24,935 nt of DNA from Candidatus Vampirococcus lugosii (GCF_018420025.1 NZ_JAEDAM010000007.1:1-24935), one strand, 5' to 3'; counted from the first letter of the stretch, positions 11,138-21,720 are shown. The notes: a model not told the origin generated them from the letters alone. Numbers and translations: made by a program.

Positions 11138-11911
11138 TTAAAACTCTTTTTTATTGAAAATAAGTATAGCGAAAAATAAAATAATTACAATATAAATTAA
11201 TGATACAAAAACAGAAGAAAGAATATGTAAAGGAGAATAATATGAAAGATTAGGAGAAAGTAAAAATTCTTTCATACTTAAATCTTGAAAATTTGGAAAT
11301 AAATAATAAACTACATTAACCAAATAATATTGAATAGAATCTTTATCTATTTTGGATAATTCAATTAAATAAAATTTAACAAATGATGTACTATGAGAAA
11401 TAGTATAAACACAAATACTTATTAATAAACTAATAAAAGGTGAAGTAAATGTAGAAAAGAAAATTAATATTGAAAGTAATACTAATATTTTAACAAAACT
11501 AAGACCTATTGAATACAAAAAATTAATATCAAAAGGAATTCAATGCAAAAATATAACTAATAAAAAAGCAATACTTAATATTAAATATACTAATAATAAT
11601 ATTCAAGAAAATCATAAAAATTTACCCAAAATAAATTTTGCTCTAGAAGGTGATTTTGATAATATTAATAATATTGTATTTTTTGATAATTCAGAATATA
11701 ATAATGAAGATCATAAAAATATAGTAGAAATAAGTCAAAATATTTCTATCAAAGATAGAGAAAAATCAATTATTATCTTTTCTGATTCAATAAAAGCTAA
11801 AGAAGACAATACAATTGTAAATAAAATAAATCAAGTTGCTACAAAAAGCATTAAATACATTATTTTATTTCTAATAAATTCTTTGAAAGTATTTTTTGAT
11901 ATAGTAAACAT
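11138..11911 (-). CDS. ABC-2 family transporter permease, 257 aa
   Basis: Checked codon by codon: ATG (complement of 11909-11911) to the stop at 11138-11140, with only TGA interruptions. The N-terminus MFTISKNTFKEFIRNKIMYLMLF is typical of ABC-2 permeases. About six hydrophobic segments. Confidence 0.7.
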
Positions 11912-11940
11912 TATATTATATAATATTATAAATAAATTAT

Positions 11941-13236
11941 TTATTTAAGAATTGAAGTATAAAGAACTTTTACTTTTTCTATTTTATCTCATGATTCATT
12001 AAGTTCTATAACTTTAAAAGTTAGAGTATCTAACTTAACTATTTCTCATTTTTTAGCAAAACTTTTTAAATAAGTAAGTATAATATAACTTATCATATCT
12101 TCTTCTCAAATTTTATCTTGTAATTCATCTGGAATATTAAAATTTTGAATATTAAAAGACATAATAATTTCTCTAAGTAAAACATCTCACCTAACTATCA
12201 ATTCATTTACTCAAACTTTAACGATATTACTTTCTTCTTTGGAATCAGATTCATCTCTAATATCGCCCAACATATCTTCCAAAATATCTTCAAAAGTAAT
12301 AATTCAATCAGTTCATCAATATTCATCCATAATTACTGCAAAATGATGTCAAGTTTTCTTCATTTTCAAAAAAACATCAAAAACATTTGCAGTTATAGGA
12401 AGTTTAAATACAGGTCTTAACTTAAGATCTCATATTTTTTTCTCCAAATTATTTAAATTTATAGAATTTTTTAACATTTCTCTAATATTCAAAATTCATA
12501 TAATATTATCTTTATCTTCTTCATAAATAGGAATTCTAGAATATGGTTTTTCCAAGACCATTTGTATTGCATCTTTAAGTTTTGTATTTGAACAAATAGC
12601 AAATATTTCGGTTCTATGTTTCAAAATTGAATCTACACTTCTATTATTAAAATCAAAAAGATTTTTAACAATCATACTTTCTATATTTGAAAATATTCAC
12701 TGTTTTTCTCATTCATCTACAAATATTTCTACATCACTCCTAGAAACACTTTCATCGTTTGTACTAACTGATTTACTTATTAAAGTAGTTAAGAAATCAA
12801 AAAATATAACAAATGGGAACAATATTCTAGATAAAAAATCTATAAAAGGAGATATAAAAAGTGCATATTTTAAGTAATATTTATTTGCAAAAACTTTAGG
12901 AACTATTTCACCAAAAAACAATATCAAAGTAGTAATCAAAACAGATATAGCAAAAAATCAAATCGCTCAAGATATAGCAAATGATTTTACAATAATATCT
13001 CAAATACTTGATGCATAAATTGTTAATATAACATTAACTAAATTATTTCATATAAGAATTACTATCAAAGTTCTACTAGAATTCTGTCTTAATTTCAAAA
13101 GCAATCTCGCTAATTTTGAATTAGAATTAACAAGTTGCTTTATTTTATAAATAGGTGAAGACATTATAGCAATTTCTGATGCTGAAAAAGCAGCAGACAA
13201 AAATAACAATAAAACAATAATTATTATTTCAGACAT
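11941..13236 (-). CDS. CNNM/DUF21-CBS-CorC_HlyC family membrane protein (hemolysin/Mg-Co efflux-like), 431 aa
   Basis: Start MSEIIIIVLLLFLSAAFSASEIAIMS (DUF21), GEIVPK, a CBS-pair region, then AVIMDEYGGTDGIITFEDILEDMLGDI and a CorC_HlyC tail. It unites ORFs 13048-13236 and 12709-12939 in one frame. 1296 nt. Confidence 0.9.
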
Positions 13237-13273
13237 TTATTTTAATATATTTTAAAAAAAACTTAATATTTTA

Positions 13274-13912
13274 TTAATTAAAAGTAGAAAAATCTGGAAA
13301 TATCCTTATAGAAACTTTTCACAATATATCTTCTTTTGTAAGAAGATGGTCTTGAGAATCATCACTAAAACATCAAACACCAAAACAACATCTAGAATCT
13401 GTACTTTCTTGTCTATTATCTCACAAAACATAGTATGATCAACTACTAACTTCAAATTCATCTATTCAACATTCAGCAAAAGTATTTCATTCATTAACAA
13501 GATAAGGTTCATCCAACTTATAACAATTTTCTCATCATCCATCATTATTATCACAAATATAAACATATCAATCTATTAATTTTACAGTTTCTCAAGGCAT
13601 ACCAACTATTCTTTTAATATAATTAATACTTCTAGATGGAGGCAAAAAAACTACTATATCTCATCTTTGATAATCTGAAAACCTTGGAGAAAATTTATTT
13701 ACAACAATAAAATCACTTTCCTTAAAAGTAGGATCCATACTTTTTCAAACTACAGTAAATGGATTAAATAAAAATATTCTTATAATCAAAACAATTCACA
13801 ACACAAAAACCAAAAAAGCTATAATATCAAATATATCTATTAAAAAACTTTTTAATGTTCTTTCTTTTCTTTCATTATTCTCAATAATATCTACTATTTC
13901 ATTATCATGCAT
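13274..13912 (-). CDS. lepB: Signal peptidase I (LepB), 212 aa
   Basis: One TM helix, then box B VVGKSMDPT, GDIVVF, box D YIKRIVGMPGETV, and box E VLGDNRQESTDSR (the G of GDNR is TGA). Confidence 0.9.
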
Positions 13913-13935
13913 AGATTAATATGTATTTATTATTT

Positions 13936-14337
13936 TTAAAAAGGAAGATCTTCATCATCTTTATTTTCATTATTTGATGAATTTCATTTATTCAATCATT
14001 GTCCTGACTTTCAATCCAACAATATAACATTATCCGAAACTATTTCAGTAGTATATCTATTATTTCAATTTGTATCTTCCCATTTCTTTGTTTTTAATCT
14101 TCATTCCAAATATACTTTTTTACCTTTTTCAGCATAATTTCAAATTATATCTGCAAGTCATCAAAAAGCAACACATTTATGAAATTCTGCTTCTTCTATA
14201 GTATTTCATTCACTATTTTTATATCTTCTATTAGTTGCAATATTAAAATTTACAACTGATACTCAATTTTCTCAAATTTTCTTTAATTCAATATCTGTAG
14301 TAATTCTTCAAATTAACATAACTTTATTTAAATCCAT
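13936..14337 (-). CDS. ssb: Single-stranded DNA-binding protein (SSB), 133 aa
   Basis: MDLNKVMLIGRITTD...VVNFNIATNRRY...EFHKCVAFGGLADI...[30 protein letters not shown]... with the acidic tail DDEDLPF. The conserved Trp is encoded by TGG, while conserved Gly residues are TGA. Confidence 0.95.
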
Positions 14338-14380
14338 AATAATATTATTTATAATATAAATTATAAGTCTAAAAATAAAC

Positions 14381-14418
14381 ATTTTTATTAAAAAATCAAT
14401 TGATTTTTTAATAAAAAT
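14381..14418. promoter_or_regulatory. Perfect 38-bp palindrome in the ssb / tRNA-Leu divergent intergenic region (candidate operator)
   Basis: atttttattaaaaaatcaattgattttttaataaaaat is its own reverse complement, centred on CAATTG. It lies 44 nt upstream of the ssb ATG and 49 nt upstream of the tRNA. Confidence 0.35.
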
Positions 14419-14466
14419 ATGTATATATGTAATCAATGTAATAATTACATTAAAAAATAATATTTT

Positions 14467-14550
14467 GCCCAGATGGCGGAACTGGTAGACGCGGTAGACT
14501 CAAAATCTGCTAACCTTATGGTTGTGTGGGTTCAAGTCCCACTCTGGGTA
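14467..14550 (+). tRNA. tRNA-Leu (anticodon CAA), class II with long variable arm
   Basis: The only GC-rich island in the window. Acceptor GCCCAGA/TCTGGGT (G1:U72), D-arm GCGGAACTGGTAGACGC, anticodon stem-loop GTAGA-CTCAAAA-TCTGC, long variable arm, T-arm GTGGGTTCAAGTCCCAC, discriminator A. No encoded CCA. Confidence 0.9.
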
Positions 14551-14559
14551 ATTAGTAAT

Positions 14560-14588
14560 ACTACTAATTTTAATTTAGTAGTTTTTTT
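14560..14588 (+). terminator. Rho-independent terminator after tRNA-Leu
   Basis: Stem ACTACTAA (14560-14567) / TTAGTAGT (14575-14582), followed by a T-run to 14588. Confidence 0.6.
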
Positions 14589-15160
14589 ATTGCCAAAATA
14601 TTTTTTTGTAATTGTTGACTTCTTTCTTTTCTTTGTGTATCTGTATAAAATACTGTATTACAAAGTAAATTATAAATAGTAAGATTTCGATCTTGATCAG
14701 AAATTTTTTTTCAAGTAATATTTTGTAATTCTTTTTTTACTAAATCTCATTTTTCAAAAAAATCCTTTCTTCAAAGATTATCTAAATCACTATCTTTCAT
14801 AATTTTTTCTAATATATTTTGTGGTTTAATAATAGGTTTAGTTACTATTATTATAGATTTTATAATATCTATTCTATCTTTTGGATAATTATTCTTTAAT
14901 AAAAAATCTTCACACATTTTACTAGAAAGTTCTTCATGATTTTTAAAATCATATTGGTATGCAACATCATGAAAAAAAATAGCTATAAAAATTATTTCAG
15001 ATAAATCATCATTTATTCATTCTTTTTCAATAAGATATTTTGCTCTATCATAAACTTCCAAAATATGCTCCCAACAATGATAATAATATCAATTTTTTTT
15101 ATTATCTTTCATAATTGATTCTACATAATTTTTAGATTTAAATACAATTTCTGTAATCAT
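14570..15160 (-). CDS. HD-domain metal-dependent phosphohydrolase, 196 aa
   Basis: Checked codon by codon. ATG is the complement of 15158-15160; TAA is the complement of 14570-14572. YHCWEHILEV ... IAIFFHDVAY supplies the H...HD motif. Confidence 0.75.
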
Positions 15161-15172
15161 TTTTAAATTATA

Positions 15173-15892
15173 TTATATGTCATAAAATATTTTTTCAAAA
15201 TTATCGTTTTTTAAATTTAAATTAAATTTATTATAATTTAATCATTCCAAATTTGAAAGAGAAAATCTAAATAATATAAGCTCATTTTTATATTGTAAAT
15301 ATTTAATAATTTTTTTATCATTATCACTTAATAAAAGAAAATCTGAAAAAATTATAATTATTCTTTTTTTATTATTTCACTTTTCTTTAAGTAAAAAATC
15401 AGAAAGTTTTGAAGTATATTTAAATCAAAAATTTGGAAAACTAAAAACTTTATATCTTGGTATATTTCAATATATTAAATTTTTAACTTTTCTTCACAAT
15501 CAAATATTATTTCATATTTTTTTATAATTTATTTTATTTCATGAAAAATATGAAACAACAATATTTGATTTATATTTTCTTGAAAAAAATAATAACTGTT
15601 CAAATATAGAAAATATTTTTTCCTTTACAACATATTTTCAATTATAACCACTCCAATTTTTATTTATATCAAAAAAAACTAATATTTCTGCTTCTTTTGG
15701 TTGTTTATATAAATTAACTATTAAATCTTTTGATTTAGAACTTAACTTCCAATTTATATGTCTAATATCATCTCAAACTGTATAAGTTTTTGTATCCTGC
15801 AATTCAATTCAATCTCATTTAAAGTATGAATTAAAATCTCATAATATTTTTCAAGATAATAATTTTTTAAATTTATACTCAAATATATTCAT
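15173..15892 (-). CDS. DUF58 domain protein (VWA-like, normally MoxR-associated), 239 aa
   Basis: FKGDGIELQDTKTYTVGDDIRHINWKLSSKSKDLIVNLYKQPKEAEILVFFDINKNW matches the DUF58 core G.G.EF...R.Y..GDD.R.IDWK..A+...L.V......E......D.S.SM. Confidence 0.72.
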
Positions 15893-15910
15893 ATTATAAT
15901 ATAATTATTT

Positions 15911-17167
15911 TTAAAGTCAACAAACATATTCTTTATCATTCCATTTTACTTTACCAAAATTAGTAACTTGTATTTTTTCATGTCATTTTCAAGCAAGCAA
16001 TATTATATCTCAAGAATTTGATATTTCATTTGCCAAATCTATTGCATTAGCTCTATTAGGAATAATATAATAATCATTTCATAATTTTCTATTTACTCAT
16101 TTTGATATTTCATCAATTATTTGATATTTATCTTCAGTATCAGGATCATCATCAGTAATGATAACAACATCACTTAAATTATCAACTTTCTCTCACATTT
16201 GTGGTCTTTTAAATTTATCTCTATTACCAGGAGCACCAAATACTGTAATTATTTTTGTATTATCTGAAATTTCTTTCAAAAAAGTTAAAACACTTTCTAA
16301 TCAATTTGGAGTATGAGCAAAATCTATAAACCAATTTTTATTATTATGAAATAAATACTCCATCCTACCACTTAATGGTAAAAAATTTTCCAAAGAAACT
16401 ATAATATCTTCTATTTTTATTCAAGAAATTAATCAAGCACTAAAAGAAGCTAGTATATTATAAACATTAAATTTACCAAGTAAGGAAACACTAACAGGAT
16501 ATGTTTTTCAAAGATAAAAAACTTCAAAACTAGTTTTATCAAAATTTAATTCTATATTATTTGCTTTTATTCAAGCATTAGTATTTATACTAAAATCAAT
16601 TGATTTATCAAATCATATATCTTCATACCAAATTCTTCATGTTCTATCATCTTTTGGAAGAACTGCCAATTTTTCATTTTTTGAATTCAACAAAATGGAA
16701 TCAAATAATTTCTTTTTTGTTTCAACATAAGTTTCAAAATCACCATGATAGTCCAAATGTTCTGGAGTAATATTTGTCAAAATTCACATATCAAATTCAA
16801 CTCATTCAAATCTATATTGATCAAGTCAATGAGAACTTACTTCCAAAACTGCATATTTACATCACTTTTCTTTTGCATAAGCAAGAATTTTTTGTAATTT
16901 AAAAGGATTTAAAGAAGTCATTTTGGAATTATTATCAATTTCTTCATCTCATATTTTTATTGAAATTGTAGTTACCAATAAAGTTTTTCATAAATTATCA
17001 TTATATATTTTATGTAACAAATTACAAGTAGTACTTTTTCCATCAGTTCAAGTTACTCAAACTATAAACATACCTTGAGAAGGTTTTCAATTAATTATAG
17101 TAGCAATATTTGCTAAACTTTTTTTATATATTTTATAAAATATACTTTTTCTCAAAAAATCTTTCAT
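15911..17167 (-). CDS. murE: UDP-N-acetylmuramoyl-L-alanyl-D-glutamate--2,6-diaminopimelate (or L-Lys) ligase MurE, 418 aa
   Basis: VGVTGTDGKSTT (first G of GTDGKS is TGA, complement of 17048-17050), EVSSHGLDQYR, TNITPEHLDYHG, LLGKFNVYN, GRMEY, IDFAHTPNGLE, FGAPGNRDKFKRPQMG, TDDDPDTED, LAGKGHE. Confidence 0.9.
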
Positions 17168-17241
17168 TTTATTTTTAATTTAAAATTAATATAAAAAATA
17201 TAATTATAACTATATATAATGTTATATATTTTTTTTTCAAT

Positions 17242-17270
17242 AAAAAAAACTCCAAAAATACATTTGGAGT
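17242..17270 (-). terminator. Rho-independent terminator downstream of the HU gene
   Basis: On the minus strand: ACTCCAAA-TGTATT-TTTGGAGT followed by a T8 run (plus-strand A-run 17242-17249). Confidence 0.6.
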
Positions 17271-17291
17271 ATAAAAATAAACAATAAATTT

Positions 17292-17582
17292 TTATTTAAT
17301 AGCTTTTTTAAATTCAGCACCAGCTTTAAAAGTAGGAAGACTCATAGCTTCAATCCGTATTTTTTCAGATGTTTTTGGATTCCTACCTTCTCTTGCTTCT
17401 CTTTTTGATTTCTTAAAAGTACCAAAACCTTGTATTCTTACTTCTTCTTCTTCCTTAACACCTTCAATTATACAATCAATAAGTGTATTAAGCATATCAG
17501 CTGATAATTTTTTGGAAACTTTATGATCCAAATCTCACAATCTATCTGCAAGTTTTGATATCAACTCTGTTTTTGTCATCAT
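17292..17582 (-). CDS. hup: DNA-binding protein HU/IHF family, 96 aa
   Basis: MMTKTELISKLADRLGDLDHKVSKKL...IQGFGTFKKSKREAREGRNPKTSEKIRIEAMSLPTFKAGAEFKKAI. This extends the track ORF 17292-17531 upstream through one TGA to ATGATG at 17582. Confidence 0.9.
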
Positions 17583-17788
17583 TATTATTAATATAATTAA
17601 TATATATAAAATATACTGTTATTATATATTCAAAACTATATTTTTCAATACTTTATATAAAAAGTATATTATATAATAAATTATTATAAAACGGTTAAAT
17701 ACAGTTAAAATCTAATGTTTCTAATAAATAAATATATAAATTAAATTATCTAATTGACACATAAAATATATTATATATAATATGTTTT

Positions 17789-18340
17789 TTATTTTAATTT
17801 AGATTTTAACTTATTTATAGCCCTTGAAGCCCTTTGTCTTACATTATCAATACTAATTCAAAGTATTGTAGAAATTTCTTTATTTGATAATTCTTCAACA
17901 TATTTTAAATGAATAATTTCTTTTGATAAATCATCAAGATTTTTTATTTCTTTATTAATCAAAGAATATTCGTAATCAGATTGTAAAATATTTAAAGATT
18001 CTGATTCTTGTGAAACAAGATCATTAATATCATTATCTTTTCATAAACTTGCATATTCATCTAATTTAAAATTTGATCATTTAAAATAATCTTTCATAGT
18101 ATTTTTAAATACTGTCCAAACCCAAGAATTTAAATTATAATTAGTATTATATTTTCATATTCAATTCCATATTTTTAAATAAAAATCTGATATAATATCA
18201 TAAATTTCTGAATCAGAAAGAAAATAATTTGATTTTAAATAACGGAAAAATATATCAATAGATTTTAAATAAAATTCATTAAATGCTGATTTATCTTTTT
18301 TTATAAGTTTATCTATAAAATCATTTGAAAAATTAAACAT
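17789..18340 (-). CDS. RNA polymerase sigma factor, sigma-70 family ECF-type, 183 aa
   Basis: Region 2-like FNEFYLKSIDIFFRYL ... LNSWVWTVFKNTMKDYF. Region 4 HTH LSKEIIHLKYVEELSNKEISTILGISIDNVRQRASRAINKLK. Confidence 0.8.
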
Positions 18341-18393
18341 TTTATATTTTATATATTAAATTATAATTTTTGTATACAATAAAAAAATTGAAA

Positions 18394-18849
18394 CTAAAAA
18401 AATTTTTTATTAGTTTTTTTATTTTCATCAGTTTTTTCTTCGTTATTTGATGATTCAATATTAGTTCAATCATCATATTCAAAATTTCTATTTTGTAAAT
18501 CTTGAATTAAATCTATTATATTTGGATCATAATGAGCAATTTTTTCCAAAAGCTCAGCTGCTAATTCTCATCAAACTCTAACAGCATATTGATATTTTGA
18601 TAATTCTCAAACAACATTTTTTAAATCATAATTATCTTGTCTTGCTTTTTTTATAGAATCTAAAAGAACTTCATTTTGAGCTTCATATTCCTTTTTTTCA
18701 TGTTCAATCTTTTCCATTTCTTCTTTTAATTTATTATTGGAAGAACTAAGATTATTTACAATATCTCTCTGACCAAACTGATAATAAAAATATAAATATC
18801 AAATTATAAGTCCAAAAGAAAAAGATAAAATTAAATATACTATAATCAT
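18394..18849 (-). CDS. Hypothetical single-pass membrane protein with coiled-coil region, 151 aa
   Basis: ATG (complement of 18847-18849) to TAG (complement of 18394-18396); 456 nt. N-terminal TM helix MIIVYLILSFSFGLIIGYLYFYY, then a heptad-like KLKEEMEKIEHEKKEYEAQNEVLLDSIKKARQDN stretch. No family recognised. Confidence 0.6.
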
Positions 18850-19258
18850 AATTAAAATAAAATTTATTAAAATAATAAATGTTTTATATTTATATAAAAT
18901 ATTATTTCAATAGATTTTACTATATATAAAAAAATTAATAATTTGTTAAATAAATGTTAAATAACAAAAAATATATTAATATAATTTTTCAATATTTTTT
19001 CAACAATTTAACAAATAAAAATATTTATAATTCAGTATTTTACTAAACTACAAATTTTTAACAAAGATAATATTATTATTTTTATTAAATAAATTTATTA
19101 TATATATTTTTATATATAAAACAAAAAAATAAATATGTGTATAAATACACTTAAAAATAAATATATTGACATTTTTTATATAAAATATACTTGAAAATAA
19201 ATTAAAAAGTATTATAAGAAAGATAACTTGTTTTATATTTTATTTAAATATTTTATAT

Positions 19259-20278
19259 ATGAAATATACCAAAATATTTTTTTATATTTTTACAGTTTTA
19301 TCTATATTTTTTTGATTTACAAATTCTATTTTTTATAAATTTTCTCATTTTCCTGCCAACAATTTTGAATTTGAAGAATTTTATGAAAAAAATTATAATA
19401 TATTAAAGTATTCTTGAAATACTAATGGTTCAAGTAATAAAAAAATTAATTTATCAGATATACAAGATGTAATTAATTCTTTTCCTTATATTTGATATAT
19501 GCAATATACTTATTATCAAAGATATTGATTTGAAAATACAAAAGATAATAATTTAGATTTAACTAATTTACATAGAACTAAATTAAATTATCCAATTTTT
19601 TCTATAGCATATGAAAAAAATTATATTAGTTTCATCTCAATTAATAATTTAAATGATCAACAAATAAATACAATTTGAGAAAAATATCAGTTTGAATCTT
19701 GATCTATAATAAGTAAATATCTTGATGACTGGTTTATAATTAGACAAAATTCACCCAAAGATGTATCATATGTATATGAATATGAAAAATATTTTGATAT
19801 ATTGCAAAAATTTATTGAAAAAAATTTAGTAAATTATCAAATATGACAAAATCCATTTTGATATCATGAAATAAATGATTTTTCAGATAATATAATTCAA
19901 ATTTGAACATTAAAAAATAATAAGTTAAATTGAATAATATTAGATCTTAAAAAAAATATGCCTTGAATTTTAGTTTCTGTTGAAAAATATTGACAAAATT
20001 ATTTAAGAGATGAAATTATGATGCAAAATATACAAAATCTTTATTTTAATGTAAAAAAATATAAAGAAACAATGTGATGATTACCTCAAGATTTATGAAG
20101 TTTAAATCCTAATTTTTTGGATATTACAAGTTTTAATGATTACTATCATAAATTAAAATTTACAAAAGAAAGTAATTTATGTTATAGTGCTTGATTTATT
20201 CCAAAATCTAATGATTTCAAAAGATTATTTTCATTTGAAATAAAATGAGAATATTGGATGTCTTATGTTTGTTATTAA
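19259..20278 (+). CDS. Hypothetical secreted/membrane-anchored protein, 339 aa
   Basis: ATG 19259 to TAA 20276-20278, with about 20 in-frame TGA and no TAA/TAG. N-terminal hydrophobic signal MKYTKIFFYIFTVLSIFFGF. No recognisable motifs. Confidence 0.65.
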
Positions 20279-20342
20279 TTTATTTTTTTATTAAATTAAT
20301 TATTTATATATAATAATATTTATTAATTTTATTAATAAATTA

Positions 20343-21491
20343 TTGGCAAATTTTGTAATATTTTTTATAAAAATATATCAATATACAATATCACCTGATA
20401 AATGAATAGCATCAATTTGGTTAAAATGAAAAATATGTATACATACTCCTCATTGTAGTAAATATAGTATACAAGTATTAAAAAGATATTGATTTTATCC
20501 TTGAATAATAAAAGTTATGGAAAGAGTTTCTTCATGCCATCCTTGGAATGATAATAAATATGATCCAGCATATTTAAAAACAGTTTTTTTTAGTAGTGCA
20601 GAAATTTGAGTTCCATTTTTGGAAAAATTAAATAAAGATAAAAGATATGAAATAAGTGCTATAATTACACAACCTGATAGACCATACGGTAGATGACAAA
20701 AAATAAATGAAAATGTAATAAAAAAAACTGCTAAAAAATTAAATATAGAAAATATATTAACACCAAATAAAATAAATCCAAATACTTCACAAGAATGAAA
20801 AGATTTTGTTGAAAAAATTAAACAAATAAATCCTGATATATTTATTGTTATTGCTTATTGAAAAATAATTCCTATACAATTACTTAATATTCCTCATAAA
20901 TGACCTATCAATATACATTGATCATTATTACCAAAATATCGTGGTGCATCTCCTATTCAATCTGTTTTTTTGAATGAAGAAGAAAAAACATGAATTACAT
21001 TGATGAAAATGGATGCAAAAATGGATACATGAAATATAATAAAACAAATTTCTTTTGATATAAAATTTAATTGGACTGTACAAGATATAATTGAAAAATT
21101 TATTGAAATCTGACCAAAATTTGTTTTGGATAATATACGAAAATATTCAAAAAAAGAAATTTGAGATATTAAACAAGATGAAACTAAAGCTATATATTGT
21201 AATAAAATTATTAAAGAAGATTGAAAAATTGATATTTTTAATGATTCTATTGAAAATATTTACAAAAAATATAGAGCATATAAATTATGGCCAAAAATAT
21301 GGTTTGAACTAAATAATAAAAGATTTATTATAGAATATTTGCAAATAGATCAAAATAATTTTTATTTATATAAATCATTATCAATTTTGGACAATGAAAA
21401 TTTAAATAAATCAATATTAAATATTAAAATAAAACCTGAATGAAAAAAATCAATATCTTGGAAAGAATTTAAAAATAATTATATAAATTAA
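20343..21491 (+). CDS. fmt: Fusion ORF: YidD (membrane protein insertion efficiency factor) domain plus methionyl-tRNA formyltransferase (Fmt), 382 aa
   Basis: Putative TTG start at 20343; the frame opens after TAA 20292-20294 and has no upstream ATG. Residues 1-76, FFIKIYQYTISP...CIHTPHCSKYSIQVLKRYGFYPGIIKVMERVSSCHPWNDNKYDP, match YidD. They run directly into Fmt: TVFFSSAEIGVPFLEKL, TQPDRPYGRGQK, VIAYGKIIP, INIHGSLLPKYRGASPIQ, TGITLMKMDAKMDTGNI. TAA at 21489-21491. Confidence 0.82.
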
Positions 21492-21528
21492 TTTACTAAA
21501 ATAATTATTTTTTGTATTTAAAAAATAT

Positions 21529-21720
21529 TTAATCTTTATGTATTTTAAATCAAGCTATATGTACTCATTTTTCTTTTGCTTTCTTTTTGAGAAAAAAATA
21601 TCAAATGATCATACCTATTCAATTTATTATAATTCAAATTCAAATTAAATAAGCTACTATTTCAGGAAATATAATTATAAGAATACCAAAAATTATCATA
21701 AATATTCAATATATAATCAT
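21529..21720 (-). CDS. Small two-TM membrane protein (DUF3096-like), 63 aa
   Basis: Checked codon by codon. MIIYGIFMIIFGILIIIFPEIVAYLIGIGIIINGIGMIIGYFFLKKK... The family guess is from memory. Confidence 0.5.

Noticed and set aside
14473-14679. Track ORF of 68 aa (MAELVDAVDSKSANL...)
   Set aside because: It starts inside tRNA-Leu and runs antisense through the HD gene. It is an artefact of the GC-rich tRNA sequence.
18850-19258. Replication origin, given the long AT-rich spacer
   Set aside because: I could find no DnaA-box-like 9-mers (TTATCCACA variants), and no dnaA/dnaN is adjacent. This cannot be excluded without whole-contig GC-skew analysis.
21091-21312. Track ORF of 73 aa on the plus strand
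   Set aside because: It is out of frame inside the Fmt coding region, and the Fmt frame carries the conserved motifs.
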